Shown here: piece after piece, positions 14,879-26,959 of the stretch | Position numbering within the stretch: the stretch's first letter is position 1 | Layout of the letters: the number at the start of each line of letters is the position of its first letter | Assembly: GCA_951406725.2 (NCBI GenBank) | Contig: OX597842.1 | Coordinates: forward strand, 32,302,001 to 32,366,000 | Length of the DNA: 64,000 nt | Source: Octopus vulgaris | Taxonomy: Eukaryota | Direction: 5' to 3' | Notes under the pieces: generated by a model | Told to the model about the DNA's origin: nothing | Database searches by the model: none | The model's input: only the letters and a program-made list of their open reading frames with translations | Program-made: the position numbers and the translations under genes

Positions 14879-15245
14879 CAACCACATGGTTCTGGGTTCA
14901 GTCCCACTGCGTGGCATCTTGGGCAAGTGCGTTCTACTATAGCCCCTGGCTGACCAAAGCCTTGTGAGTGGATTTGGTAAACGGAAACTAAAAGAATCCC
15001 ATCGTATATATGTACATATATATATATATAAGTGTGTGTGTATATGTTTGTGTGTCTGTATTTGTCCCCCCAAACATCGCTTGACAACTGATACTGGTGT
15101 GTTTACATCCCCATAACTTAGCGGTTCGGCAGAAGAGACCGATAGAAGAAGTACTAGGCTTACAAAGAATAAGTCCTGGGGTCGGTTGGTTCGACTGAAG
15201 GTGGTGCTCCAGCATGGCCACAGTCAAATGACTGAAACAAAAATA
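14879..15245 (+). mobile_element. SINE family A copy
   Basis: Match from the B box to the tail. Confidence 0.85.
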
Positions 15246-15429
15246 AAAGAATTGGGACCCTGTGTGTGTGTCTGTGCGCAATAGATTCTTGTCAGCCTGG
15301 GTCACCCTCCACCACCACTTCCACCTCCACCACCACTTCCACCTCCACCACCACCACAGTTTTAGAAAACAGCCCTGTCCCCTACTTTTCAACCTGAATC
15401 ACTCCACCATGGTAGAGTGGTGTCATGGT

Positions 15430-16395
15430 TGAGAGAACAGAGAGAGAAAAACAAAGTGTAGAGAAGGCTGTGGAGGGGAGGGGAGAGAAAGAGAGAAGAG
15501 TGGTTGGGAAGAGAAAGAGAGAGTAAGAGAGAGAATGAATACTATAGAAGAGAGGGAGAAAGAGAGAGAGAAGAGTTGTAGGAAAGAGAAAGAATGAGAA
15601 TTGTAGGAGAAAGAGAGAGAGAGAGAGAAGAGCTGTAGGGGAGAGAAAGAGAGAGAGAATGAGAGTTGTAGGGGAGAGAAAGAGAGAGAGAATGAGAGTT
15701 GTAGGGGAGAGAAAGAGAGAGAGAATGAGAGTTGTATGAGAGAGAGAGCGAGAGAGAATGAAAGTTGAAGGGGAGAAAGAGAGAGTTGTAGGGGAGAGCA
15801 AGAGAGAGAGAATGAGAGTTGTAGGGGAGAGAAAGAGAGAGAGAATGAGAGTTGTAGGGGAGAGAAAGAGAGAGAGAATGAGAGTTGTATGAGAGAGAGA
15901 GCGAGAGAGAATGAAAGTTGAAGGGGAGAAAGAGAGAGTTGTAGGGGAGAGCAAGAGAGAGAGAATGAGAGTTGTAGGGGAGAGAAAGAGAGAGAGAATG
16001 AGAGTTGTAGGGGAGAGAAAGAGAGAGAGAATGAGAGTTGTATGAGCGAGAGAGCGAGAGAGAGAATGAAAGTTGAAGGGGAGAAAGAGAGAGAGTTGTA
16101 GGGGAGAGCAAGAGAGAGAGAGAATGAGAGTTGTAGGGGAGAGAGGGAGAGAGAGATAGAGAAGAGCTGTAGGGGAGAGCAAGAGAGAGAAAGAAGAGCT
16201 GTAGGGGAGAGCAAGAGAGAGAAAGAAGAGTGTAGAGAAGAGAGAGAGAAAGAAAGAGAGTGAGAGAGACAGAGAGATGGAGAGAGAGAAAGAGAGAGAG
16301 AAGAGCAGTAGGAAAGAGAAAGAGAGAGAATGAGGGCTATAGAAGAGAGTGAGAGGAAGAGACCTTTAGGGGGGGGAGAGAGAGAGAGAGTGTGT
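15430..16395. repeat. Polypurine GA-rich minisatellite with a 153 bp higher-order repeat
   Basis: Subunits of about 31-33 bp (gagagagaatgagagttgtaggggagagaaa). The variant gttgtatgag recurs at 15731, 15884 and 16037. Confidence 0.9.
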
Positions 16396-16594
16396 AGGGA
16401 TAAGAGGTGTGCCAAGTGGTGGCACTGTGCCACCCACTTTTTTGTGTTGCCTTAAGATGTTGGCACAAGGGAATTGAGGTAACTTTATGGAAATGGAAGG
16501 GCGGAGAATGTGGACATTAGGACTTAAAAGGGGGTGGGCTTCTGTGGATTGGGGTATGGGGATGTGGGAGAGAGGGGTGTGAGTGGGTAGTTGC

Positions 16595-17068
16595 TGTTGT
16601 TGTTGTTTAGCCCCAGGTCAGTCCTGGTCCAGAGAGACCTATGATCAAAGATGTGACTTATGATCAAAGATGTGACCATCTCATCTTTTATTCAGGCACA
16701 GTGTATCTAGGACTACATTATCTAATGTATAGTACACTAGTTAGTATTAGTGGCTATGGTTGATGTTGTTGTTTAACCCCAGGTCAGTCCTGATCCAGAC
16801 AGACCTATGATCAAAAACGTTCCAGCTGTGACCATCCCATCTTATATTCAGGCATAGTGTATCTAGGACTACATTATCTAATGTATAGTACACTAGTTAG
16901 TATTAGTGGCTATGGTTGATGTTGTTGTTTAACCCCAGATCAGTCCTGATCCAGACAGGCCTATGATCAAAGATGTTCCAGCTGTGACTATCCTATCTTT
17001 TATTCAGGCTTAGTGTATCTAGGACTACATTATCTAATGTTTAGTATAGTAGTTAGTATTAGTGGCTA
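16595..17068. repeat. Tandem repeat, about 3 x 156 bp
   Basis: Unit gttgttgtttaaccccaggtcagtcctgatccagacagacctatgatcaaa...ggactacattatctaatgtatagt...gtggcta. Confidence 0.9.
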
Positions 17069-17099
17069 TCTGTCTATCTATCTATCTGTCTGTCTTTCA

Positions 17100-17705
17100 A
17101 TATAGATCGTCACGCCTCCTTCCTTCAAACGGGAAGGAAGAGCTATTTTCATCATCCTTGTGGCTATGGCGAAGGAATGTATCTGGTGGACGCGTCTAAA
17201 AGGATTGGAGACAAACACTTTCCTCTCTGGTCAATCTCTCATCAACTTCTTCAAGTACCACTTGAAAAGGAAAGTGAGAGTAGAGAGGCAAGTTTTATCT
17301 AGCGAAATGTTTTAAAAAAAGATGGGTGAATGTAGCAAGGATGGCATGTATGAATGATGAAGCCACCTTGAGCATAATCCTATGAACCCGGAAAAATTTA
17401 AAACAGAGAGTTACTTACTTGCAAATAAATGTGGTAACATATAACAATATTGACCAAGGTTACCGTGGTCTTTTCCGTAGGCTTTTCTTTCCACAGATAA
17501 ACCTTATCTGTTTCCCCCTTTACACTTTATATCATGATATTTCTATGATACACGATCCCCATTGATGGTTTTTTTTTTTTTACGATCCTTTTTAATTGTA
17601 AACCTACCCCACTTTTTCTTTTTTATTTTCTCCCCAAAAAGAAATGTTCTACTTTGTAATTTGTCCCGTCTGTGTTCAGCCCTGTGTGGGCTAATAAAGA
17701 AACAC
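17100..17705 (+). mobile_element. 5'-truncated Tx1/L1-like LINE: ORF2 C-terminus and 3' UTR
   Basis: Translates to ...IFIILVAMAKECIWWTRLKG...FFKYHLKRKVRVERQ..(frameshift)..CFKKRW..., with the AKxxIWxxR and FxxRW motifs of L1/Tx1 ORF2 ends. The 3' UTR ends in ctaataaagaaa. Confidence 0.6.
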
Positions 17706-17897
17706 ATCCATCCATCCATCCATCCAGCTAGCTATCTCTGTCTATATCTATCTATCTATCTATCTATTCATCTATCCATCCATTCATCTATCTATCTATC
17801 TACCATCTAGCTATCTCTCTGTCTATCTCTCTCTCTCTCTATTGATAGTAATAATAATAATAATAATGATAATAATAATAACAGGTTACATGAGTTA

Positions 17898-18262
17898 TAC
17901 AGGTGTGTATTATGAATGGGATGTCCTTTTTATACCTCTCTTTCTGTTTTTAAAACCAAACAGGTCCATAAGTCGACTAAGGGATCTGCACGAGACGCCT
18001 ATCTCATCAGAAGCCCCCTTTTTTGATTTCTGGGGACTTTGAGTAAATGCTTGACCCACAAGCATTTCACGTTCTTCAGTGATAACACTGACCAGTTGAC
18101 CACATCTCTGCACATTGCAGAATGACCCAGTCTGCTCAAATTTATCACAAACTCCCTAAACTGTTAATCTTGGTCCCTGGAATTCTTCACTCCTTTTCTG
18201 TCTAACCATTTCCGCATTCTCTGTTTTCCAGCACTGTTTCATGATCCACTTTTGTTCACCAC
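17898..18262 (-). mobile_element. Tc1/mariner transposase remnant (N-terminal HTH, DUF4817-like)
   Basis: Minus strand translates to KWIMKQCWKTENAEMVRQ...V*GVCDKFEQTGSFCNVQRCGQLVSV...AFTQSPQKSKKGASDEIGVSCRSLSRLM, the DKFExTGS..RSGRP..SPxKS pattern, with an internal stop. A TA-CAGG end lies near 17898. Confidence 0.65.
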
Positions 18263-18449
18263 CATCATCACCACTTAACATCCATTTTCCATGCTGGCAT
18301 GGGTTGGACTGTTTGGCAGGGGTCAGCTAGCGAAGAAAACTTCACCAGGCCTCACTCTCTCCTTTTGCCCTTTTTTTTTTTTTTTTTTTTTACTGCTGGA
18401 TGATGTATAATAAATATCTGAAATTAGGAACAATTAGTTTATTAGAGAA

Positions 18450-18753
18450 CTAGCAGTATTGCCCGGCGTTGCTTGGGTTTGTAAGGGAAATAACTATATA
18501 AGCATTTTTAGAGAGTTACTTCCCCTGTATAAACTGACCCAAAAATGCATTAAAAAAACGAAAAATGATGGTAATCTTTTTGTAAAATCGTAGACTCATC
18601 GTAGACACGCGCTAATACCCAGAAGGGCTCGATATGAATCATGACTATAAGATACCCGCTTTTGGTTAAACTGCACTGCAAAATGTGGGAGTAGTTAGGA
18701 ATCTAAATTGGAGGAGACAGACTCTCACACAACTTCAGTTTTATATATAAAGA
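18450..18753 (-). mobile_element. Non-autonomous Helitron, related subfamily
   Basis: Same 3' ~70 bp (ctagcagtattgcccggcgttgcttggg...gagagtta) and a 5' TCTTTATATATAAA. The interior differs from the 6853 copy. Confidence 0.75.
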
Positions 18754-19009
18754 TTAATTAGTTAAAAGCAACATAGAATCATAGAATTCCTATTTTAAAG
18801 AAGATTCCGGAACACTGCATACTTTTGCCCACTCCCATGATTTCATCTGCTCTTTCATGAATGCTGTCTGTTTGCTGAAGTACAAGTGTGTCCCAGTATT
18901 TTATTTTCATATTTGTGTGCTTCAAAATGTATCTTTGCTTTTTTTTCTTTTATTCGGTTTTATCTATGTATAAAGTTCACAGTCATATACAAAGACCCAC
19001 AAACATATA

Positions 19010-19470
19010 TTTAACAAAATGAGAACATTAATAGCATACATATTTATCTTATAGTTCAATACATATAAGATAAGAATTACAAATTATAAAAATCATAATA
19101 TAAATTATTGAAATCATTACAATCACTCCTTACAGCTGTTTCAGCCTATGGATAAAAGTAGTTTTTTTTCCCAATGCCTATAGTTGTCAATTATATTAAG
19201 GTTGTAGGCATTTAAAGATAGGGTACTTATATATAATCATAGGCCTTGTCAGAGATTATAAAGAACTTTAAAAATATTAATACATGAAACAGGATACATA
19301 TATATATATATATATATTTATATATTTAACCATAGGCTGAAACAGCTGTAAGGAGTGGTGTTAATGATTTCACTAATTTATATTATGATTTTTATAATTT
19401 GTATTCTTATCTTATATGTATTGAATTATAAGATATATATGTACGTTATTAAGGTTCTCATTTTGTTAAA
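19010..19470. repeat. Inverted repeat, ~140 bp arms (Penelope-like inverted termini)
   Basis: 19010-19151 pairs with 19330-19470 (tttaacaaaatgagaac...acagctgtttcagcctatgg / ccataggctgaaacagctgt...gttctcattttgttaaa). Confidence 0.85.
19124..19258 (-). ncRNA. Degenerate hammerhead with long stem II loop, in a Penelope-like remnant
   Basis: Minus strand: UCU CUGACAA GGCCUAUG [~95 nt] CAUAGGCU GAAAC AGCU GUA^AGG. 8 bp stem II and palindromic stem III loop. Core G8 is mutated to A. Confidence 0.55.
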
Positions 19471-19759
19471 TGAATAAATAATCCAACGTTATAATATCCA
19501 AAAGTTGATGAACAAACCAAATATGTTTCTCCATTTTCTTATTTGTATTATAAATTTACGGTAAAAATATTTCTTTACCTTCAAACAATAAATGAGTTAA
19601 TTGCAATTAAAAACATTTATGTATTAAGAATCTGGGTACTTTACCAACAGTATATTGGATAAATGCTATCCCTTAGTGGGTTACACCCATAACCCCTAAC
19701 TTACTTTGTATCATATATATATATACATCAAAATAAGCAACAAGAATGACTCCGGTAAT

Positions 19760-19845
19760 TTGGTACGATCGTTTCGTACTACATCATTTTATTAAATGTT
19801 GTAAGTATTACAACAGTTTTAAAGTTCTGAGCACTCATCAGCCAA
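19760..19845 (-). ncRNA. Minimal type I hammerhead ribozyme (Penelope-like type), intact core
   Basis: Minus strand reads UUGG CUGAUGA GUGCU [~50 nt loop] AGUAC GAAAC GAUC GUA^CCAA. Stem I 4 bp, stem II 5 bp starting G-C, stem III AC/GU with palindromic GAUC loop. Confidence 0.8.
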
Positions 19846-20142
19846 TTATAGAGGTTTTCCATGAATACAAAAATTTTCATATCAAGTGGCAACATTATAG
19901 AGAAGGTAGATATATAGACAAAGATGTGGATTTAAATTTTAAGAACATATGAGGTTGTGGAGTCCATCAACTGACTGACTAAGATTCAGTAGTTCCAGAC
20001 TACTGTTGGGTTGTGAGAGGGAGGAATAAGTTGAAGTAGACAATAAAGATTTTCTGATTGTTGAAATGGGGTAAAGGGGGTTTCAGAACTCCATAAAAGG
20101 AATTCATGTTGAAGACAGCAATTGTCACTACTAAATGCCAGT

Positions 20143-20175
<33 letters not shown>

Positions 20176-20232
20176 GTGGCAATCCTGGTTTTGTGTTTGT
20201 AAGGCTTATCTCCCCTTTGCTTCTCGTTTCAG

Positions 20233-20319
20233 AAATCTACGGAAAACATGGCCAGTGTGTCTTCGATAACTCTGTCCATTTCATACAAAGGAGTGAAATT
20301 TATCGATGCTGAATCCAAA
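20233..20319 (+). CDS. ANKS1: Coding exon of ANKS1A/ANKS1B-like gene, PTB domain ([29 protein letters not shown])
   Basis: Polypyrimidine tract plus tttcAG acceptor and AAA|GTGAGT donor. 87 nt, phase 0-0. The peptide matches my recollection of the vertebrate ANKS1 PTB segment [26 protein letters not shown]. Upstream exons were not found in the window. Confidence 0.92.
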
Positions 20320-20779
20320 GTGAGTCTCTCATCTTTTGTATCCTTCCGCATCTCTGTCCTGCCTCCCTGTCTCTACCCCCTTGTTGGTATGCGAGCAAGA
20401 GGGTATGTGGGCATATATGCATATGTGTGTGCATGTATATGTATATCTATGAGTATATGTGTGCGTGTATGTATATATGTATATGTATGTATATATATGT
20501 GTGTGTGTGTGTGTGTGTATTTATATATATATATATCTGCATATGTGTTTGTGTGTATGTTTATGTATATGTACAAACAATTATTACCCCAAATAAATTG
20601 CACTTCATATTCAAGGCTCTGATGAAGCTGCAAGGTGTTATGCAAGCACTGAACTATTAGTGCATGGCACCTTTTAGCAGAAACAGCTTTAAGCAGATGG
20701 AGTTCATAACATAATCATTTTCCCCCTTTATCATCTCATTTTCTGATATATATATATATGTGTGTGTGTGTGTCTCTTC

Positions 20780-21190
20780 TATGTTTTTTAATTATTATAA
20801 ATCTTCCACTGAGGAGGGAGCCGGCTTCCGACAAAGATACAAGACTCCATCTTTTGGGTGTAGTTAACACAGACAAATTCACATTTGGAACTTGAGAAAA
20901 GTCTTGCATATTTTTATTGTTCCACTCACAGATTACAACTTGTAATGTATGAATCAGCCGGTCGATTTCTCTTTCTGAAAATCCCAATTTATCCAAATTC
21001 AACTTTAAGCATTTACTAACAAAATCCAGTGCTCCAATTATTGTTGATATGAATATGAATTCATTGTCTGGATATAGAAGCTGGAGGTTTCGAAGCAGTT
21101 GTCCATGGATATCCTCTTTTTCTTTGATTTTCAAAGAGATATTTGTTTCTGCAGGACAGCTGACCTCTGTGATGGTACATAGCTTTCTCC
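20780..21190 (-). mobile_element. 3' fragment of an RLE-type (R4/Dong-like) non-LTR retrotransposon
   Basis: Minus strand: ITEVSCPAETNISLKIKEKEDIHGQLLRNLQLLYPDNEF..IIGALDFV, the restriction-like endonuclease tail (CP..N..K..EK..L..L..IGALG). Confidence 0.7.
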
Positions 21191-21574
21191 CTCTATGTAT
21201 GTATGTATGTATGTATGTATGTATGTATGTGTGTGTGTGTGTGTGTTTATGTATGTATGAATGAATGAATGAAAGACCCTTTCAGTGATGTGATTGTTGA
21301 TTTTTAGGATGCACAGAAAACAGAAAGAATATTTGGGGCCCAGATATGGCTGATTTAAATGCTACAGGGATATGTGTGTGTATGTGTGTTTATATGTGTA
21401 TATATATGTATGCGTATATGTGTGTGTGTATATCTATATATGTGTGTGTGTGTGTGTGTGCATATGTGTTTGTGTGTGCATATGCGTGTATGAATATGTG
21501 TGTGTGTATATATATATGCATGTATATATATGAGTGCGTATATATGTGTTTGTGTGTATGTGTGTATATGTGTA

Positions 21575-21616
<42 letters not shown>

Positions 21617-21949
21617 CATATATGTGTGTATATATATATGTGTGTGTGTGCATATATGTGTTTGTGTGTGTATATGTATATTCGTGTATGAATATGTGTG
21701 TGTATATATATATATATGCATGTATATATATATGAGTGTGTGTATATATGTGTTTGTGTGTATGTGTGTGTATATGTGTATATATGTGTGTATATATATA
21801 TATGTGTGTGTTTAAACACCACCAGATCTGACTGGCCTGGTGCAGCCTTCGGGCTTCCCAGACCCCAGTTGAACTGTCCAACCCATGCTAGCATGGAAAG
21901 CGGACATTAAATGATGATGATGACGATGATGATGATGTATATGTATATA

Positions 21950-21980
<31 letters not shown>

Positions 21981-22423
21981 GTGTGTTTGTATGTATATAT
22001 ATATATATATGTGTGTTTGTATGTGTATATATATGTGTGTTTGTGTGTATATGTATATGTGTATGTATGTGTGTATATATATATGTGTATGTGTTTGTAT
22101 AGATAAATGTATATGTATAACCCCTTATCATTCAGATCACCCTGTTAAATATAATTCCTATTTATTCTCATTGTTTTGACTTAATCCCAGATTATCCCAC
22201 AGCTCTGAGATTTCAATGACAACCTCATTTATTTTCAGAACGACATTGCAGGGTAAGTGTGAGGGGCAGGATCTGTCCAGTTTAAAACATAAAAAAACCC
22301 CCCAGAATATTTGAGCCGGATTTGGCTGCCATAAATGCTAAACCCTGTCGACTTCACTCTCTCTTGTACTGTATTGAAACCGTGCATCCTAACCAGGGGT
22401 CTCTTTGTCTCGCTTCATTTCAG

Positions 22424-22561
22424 CGTGTTGTGTGTGAACATGAAATCTGTAATATTTTCTGTGCTTGCCAAGACAGCGAAAACTTAAATTTCTTCGCGTA
22501 TATCACGAAAGACAAGGAATTCGACAAACATTATTGTCACGTTTTCTGTGTACGTAGTACG
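22424..22561 (+). CDS. ANKS1: Coding exon of ANKS1-like gene, PTB core ([46 protein letters not shown])
   Basis: cctaac branch-like site, tttcAG acceptor, ACG|GTAAGT donor. 138 nt, phase 0-0, in frame with both neighbours. EHEIxNI..QD..FAYITKD..HYCHVF is typical of the ANKS1 PTB domain. Confidence 0.95.
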
Positions 22562-22626
22562 GTAAGTCGACGACGCTCTTGTTATCTTTGTCTTCCACTT
22601 GTGGTGTGTGAGTTTCTGTCTGTTCG

Positions 22627-22709
22627 TGGAGGTGCAATGACCCAGTGCTTAGGGCAGCGGACTCGCGGTCATAGGATCGCGGTTTCGATTCCCAGACCGG
22701 GCGTTGTGA

Positions 22710-22740
<31 letters not shown>

Positions 22741-23243
22741 CACATGGAGGCGCAATGGCCCAGTGGTTAGGGCAGCGGACTTGCGGTCATAGGATCGCGG
22801 TTTCGATTCCCAGACCGGGCGTTGTGAGTGTGTGTATATATATATATATATATATACACATGGAGGCGCAATGGCCCAGTGGTTAGGGCAGCGGACTTGC
22901 GGTCATAGGATCGCGGTTTCGATTCCCAGACCGGGCGTTGTGAGTGTTTATTGAGCGAAAACACCTAAAAGCTCCAACGAGGCTCCGGCAGGGGATGGTG
23001 GTGATCCCTGCTGTACTCTTTCACCACAACTTTCTCTCACTCTTACTTCCTGTTTCTGTTGTACCTGTATTTCAAAGGGCCGGCCTTGTCACTCTCTGTG
23101 TCACGCTGAATATCCCCGAGAACTACGTTAAGGGTACACGTGTCTGTGAAGTGCTCAGCCACTTACACGTTAATTTCACGAGCAGGCTGTTCCGTTGATT
23201 CGGATCAACCGGAACCCTCATCGTCGTAACCGACGGAGTGCTT
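22627..23243 (+). mobile_element. tRNA-derived SINE family D with a triplicated head
   Basis: Three heads (tggaggcgcaatggcccagtggttagggcagcggac...ggtttcgattccc) at about 22627, 22745 and 22861, separated by (TG)(TA) tracts. The last head continues into a ~300 bp body. Confidence 0.8.
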
Positions 23244-23378
23244 CTATCATCCATCCATTTGTTTGTTCATCGTCATCATCGTTGTCATTGTGGTGGAGGT
23301 TAAAATCTATGGAGTATACAGGCCTGTTGTTTCCTCGGCTTTTCTGTATGGTACAGAAGCGGGGAAAATTCCCAAAAC

Positions 23379-23539
23379 GCGCAGGAGTGGCTGTTTGGTA
23401 AGTAGCTTGTTTACCAACCACATGGTTCCGGGTTCAGTCCCACTGCGTGGCACCTTGGGCAAGTGTCTTCTACTATAGCCTCGGGCCGACCGAAGCCTTG
23501 TGAGTGGATTTGGTAGACGGAAACTGAAAGAAGCCCATC

Positions 23540-23574
<35 letters not shown>

Positions 23575-23766
23575 TGTTTGTTCCCCTACCATTGCTTGAC
23601 AACCGATACTGGTGTGTTTATGTCCCCCGTTACTTAGCGCTTCGGCAAAAGAGATCGATAGAATAAGTACTGGGCTTACAAAAGAATAAGTCCCGGGGTC
23701 GATTTGCTCGACTAAAGGCAGTGCTCCAGCATGGTCGCAGTCAAATGACTGAAACAAGTAAAAGAA
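23379..23766 (+). mobile_element. SINE family A copy
   Basis: Full-length match. Confidence 0.9.
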
Positions 23767-23787
23767 TATATACATACATATACAAAC

Positions 23788-23828
<41 letters not shown>

Positions 23829-24528
23829 CATTTTATATATGTCTGCACTTGTCTAGTCTTGTGTATATATGAATTTTAACCCCAGGTCTTTCCTGACCTG
23901 GTAGAACCAGGACCAGTGACAACTAAACATGACCACCCTGCCTCTTCAGTGTATATAATTTGCACGGTCTTGTCCTTCTTATTTAAGACATAAAAGAGGA
24001 AGCTCACAGAGGGAGTGACTGTTATTTCTAGCAGGCCAGTCTACCAGACAGTGCTGCTTGTGAAGGCGTGTTTGTGTGTGTGTGTGTGTGTGTGTGTTTC
24101 TGTGGAGTGTATGTGCATGTGTGTGTATATGTGTGTGTGTATATATATATATATGTGTGTGTATGTGCATGTGTGTATATGTTTATGTGTGTGTGTATAT
24201 ATATATATATGTGTGTGTATTTCTGTGGAGTGTATGTGCATGTGTGTGTATATGTGTATGTGTGTGTGTGTATATATATGTGTGTGTGTGTGTGTGTGTT
24301 TCTGTGGAGTGTATGTGCATGTGAGTATATATGTGTATGTATATGTGTGTGTGTGTGTGTGTATTTGTGTGTGTGTGTGTGTGCTGTATTTGTGTGTGTG
24401 TGTGTGTGCTGTATTTGTGTGTGTGTGTGTGTGTGTGCTGTATTTGTGTGTGTGTGTGTGTGTGTGTGTGCTGTATTTGTGTGTGTGTGTGTGCTGTATT
24501 TGTGTGTGTGTGTGTGTGTGCTGTGCTT

Positions 24529-24600
<72 letters not shown>

Positions 24601-24667
24601 ATTTGTGTGTGTGTGTGTGTGTGTGTGTGCTGTATTTGTGTGTGTGTGTGTGTGTGTGTGTGCTGTA

Positions 24668-24703
<36 letters not shown>

Positions 24704-24784
24704 ATTTGTGTGTGTGTGTGTGTGTGTGTGTGCTGTATTTTGAGTGTGTATATGTATTTGTAAGGTTTGTGTGTGTATTTTGAA

Positions 24785-24833
<49 letters not shown>

Positions 24834-25119
24834 TGTTGTGTGTACATGCGCAGTGTCTGCCTATATATGTATGTGTGTGTGTGTGTGTGTGTGTGCAATT
24901 ATGTATCGTTTTATATACGTCTATATATGTATACATACATATTTGTGTGTGTGTGTGTGTGTGTGCTATACACATACATGTGTATGTATATGTGTGTGTG
25001 TGTGTGTGTGTGTCTGTTGTTTATGTCACTATATATGTATGTATGCTTGATTTTCTGTTGTATGTATGTGTGTGTGTGTGTGTATGTATGTACGTATATA
25101 TGTGAGTGTGTATTTTAAA

Positions 25120-25158
<39 letters not shown>

Positions 25159-25707
25159 CTACGTATGTTTGTGTGTGTATATGTACGTATACATATGTGT
25201 GTGTGAGTGTATATATGTATGTATATATGTGTGTGTGTATTTTAAATGTGTGTATATATATATATCTACGTATGTTTGTGTGTGTATATGTACGTATACA
25301 TATGTGTGTGTGAGTGTATGTATGTATGTACATATATATATGTATGTATTTTAAATATGTGTACATATATGTATGTGTGTGTATGTACGTGTGTGTGTGT
25401 CTATACGTATATATATATACACACACACATTTAAAATACACACATATATATACGTATAGACACACACACACGTACATACACATATTTAAAATACATACAT
25501 ATATATATATTTATATATATATATATACACACACACATATAAAATATGCAGTTTGTGTGCTTTGCATAGACGAAGACAATGGAATCTGTTTAATGCCCAG
25601 ATAGACGTAGGCAGTGGACGGTGGCAGCGGTGGTGATGGTCATGGTGGGGGTGGTGGGGGTGACTCGTTCTACTTATCCCAGATACGACTGGGAGTCTAA
25701 CGAAGCA

Positions 25708-25858
25708 ACACCACCACCACCACTACTACTACCACTACTACTACTACTACTACTGCTACTACAAGTACCACCACCACTACTACTATTACTACTGCTGCTA
25801 GTACTACTACTACTGCTACTACTACAACTACTACCATCACCACCACCACCTCCACCAT

Positions 25859-25891
<33 letters not shown>

Positions 25892-26036
25892 CACCACTAC
25901 TACTTCTACTACTACCACCGCCACCACCATCGCAGTTGCTACTAAAACCACCACTACTACTACTACTACCACCACCACCACTACTTCTACTACTACTACT
26001 ATTACCACCACCACTACTACCACCACCACCACCACC

Positions 26037-26068
<32 letters not shown>

Positions 26069-26575
26069 CACCACTACTTCTACTACTACTACTATTACCA
26101 CCACCACTACTACCACCACCACCACCATGACCATCGCTACCAAAACGACCACCACCACTACTACTACTACTACTACAGCTAGTACTACTACTGCTACCCC
26201 CACCACCACCACTACTACCACCGTCACCACCATGTCCATCGCGGTTGCTACCAAAACCACCACTACTACTACTACCTCTACTACTACCTCTACTACTATT
26301 ACCACCGCGACAACTACTACTGCTGATATCTTCAACAATGCCAAAATCACCGAAACTATCTCCAACCCCACCACGACCACCACAGCGACAACCGCCACAT
26401 CCACCTTTACCACCACCACCACCCCCACCTCAATACTGTACTACAATGTTAACACCGCGCCGTGCCACACTACAACACCACCAGCAGCCACCACCACCAC
26501 CACCGCCACCACGAGCCTCAATCAACGCCATTACATCACCACCACGCCCGCCCTGCCACGACCACCACCGCCGAC
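25708..26575. repeat. (CAC/CTA)n trinucleotide tract
   Basis: Directly visible. Similar tracts at 11370-11805, 29930-30570 and 52155-52830. Confidence 0.95.
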
Positions 26576-26959
26576 AATAAATCACAACCATCTCACCGTA
26601 ATCAACACCTCTTCGCCACCACCATGGCCACCACACTGGGAACTCCCCCTCTCCCTCTCCTCCTTCCTCACCGCGCACCTTCTATCCGCCTCCCGCCGCC
26701 TCCCCGACCATGGCGCTCCATCGCTAAATTATCGTCTGTGAATGACAACAAGATCAATTTTACGCTTGACTTCACGGCACAAATGAGTGGAGATGACTGA
26801 GTTATCTCCCCTGAGGCTACCAACCACTGTTGAAGCTTGTTTGGAAGGTGGAGCTGCTGCCGGTGGTGGCGGTGGTGGAGGGTGGTGGTGGAGGGCGGTG
26901 GCGGCGATTGTGTGTGTGTGGTTGGAAGAACTGTGGGGGGGGGGATTGTGATTGGAGTA

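Noticed and set aside
20806-20845. CUGAGGA followed by GGGAG-CCGG-CUUCC, like a hammerhead half
   Set aside because: It is followed by GACAAA, not GAAA, and no stem III, cleavage triplet or stem I partner was found.
22745-22820. Possible tRNA genes at SINE heads
   Set aside because: A and B boxes are present, but there is no complete cloverleaf with an acceptor stem or a poly-T terminator. The heads run into SINE bodies.
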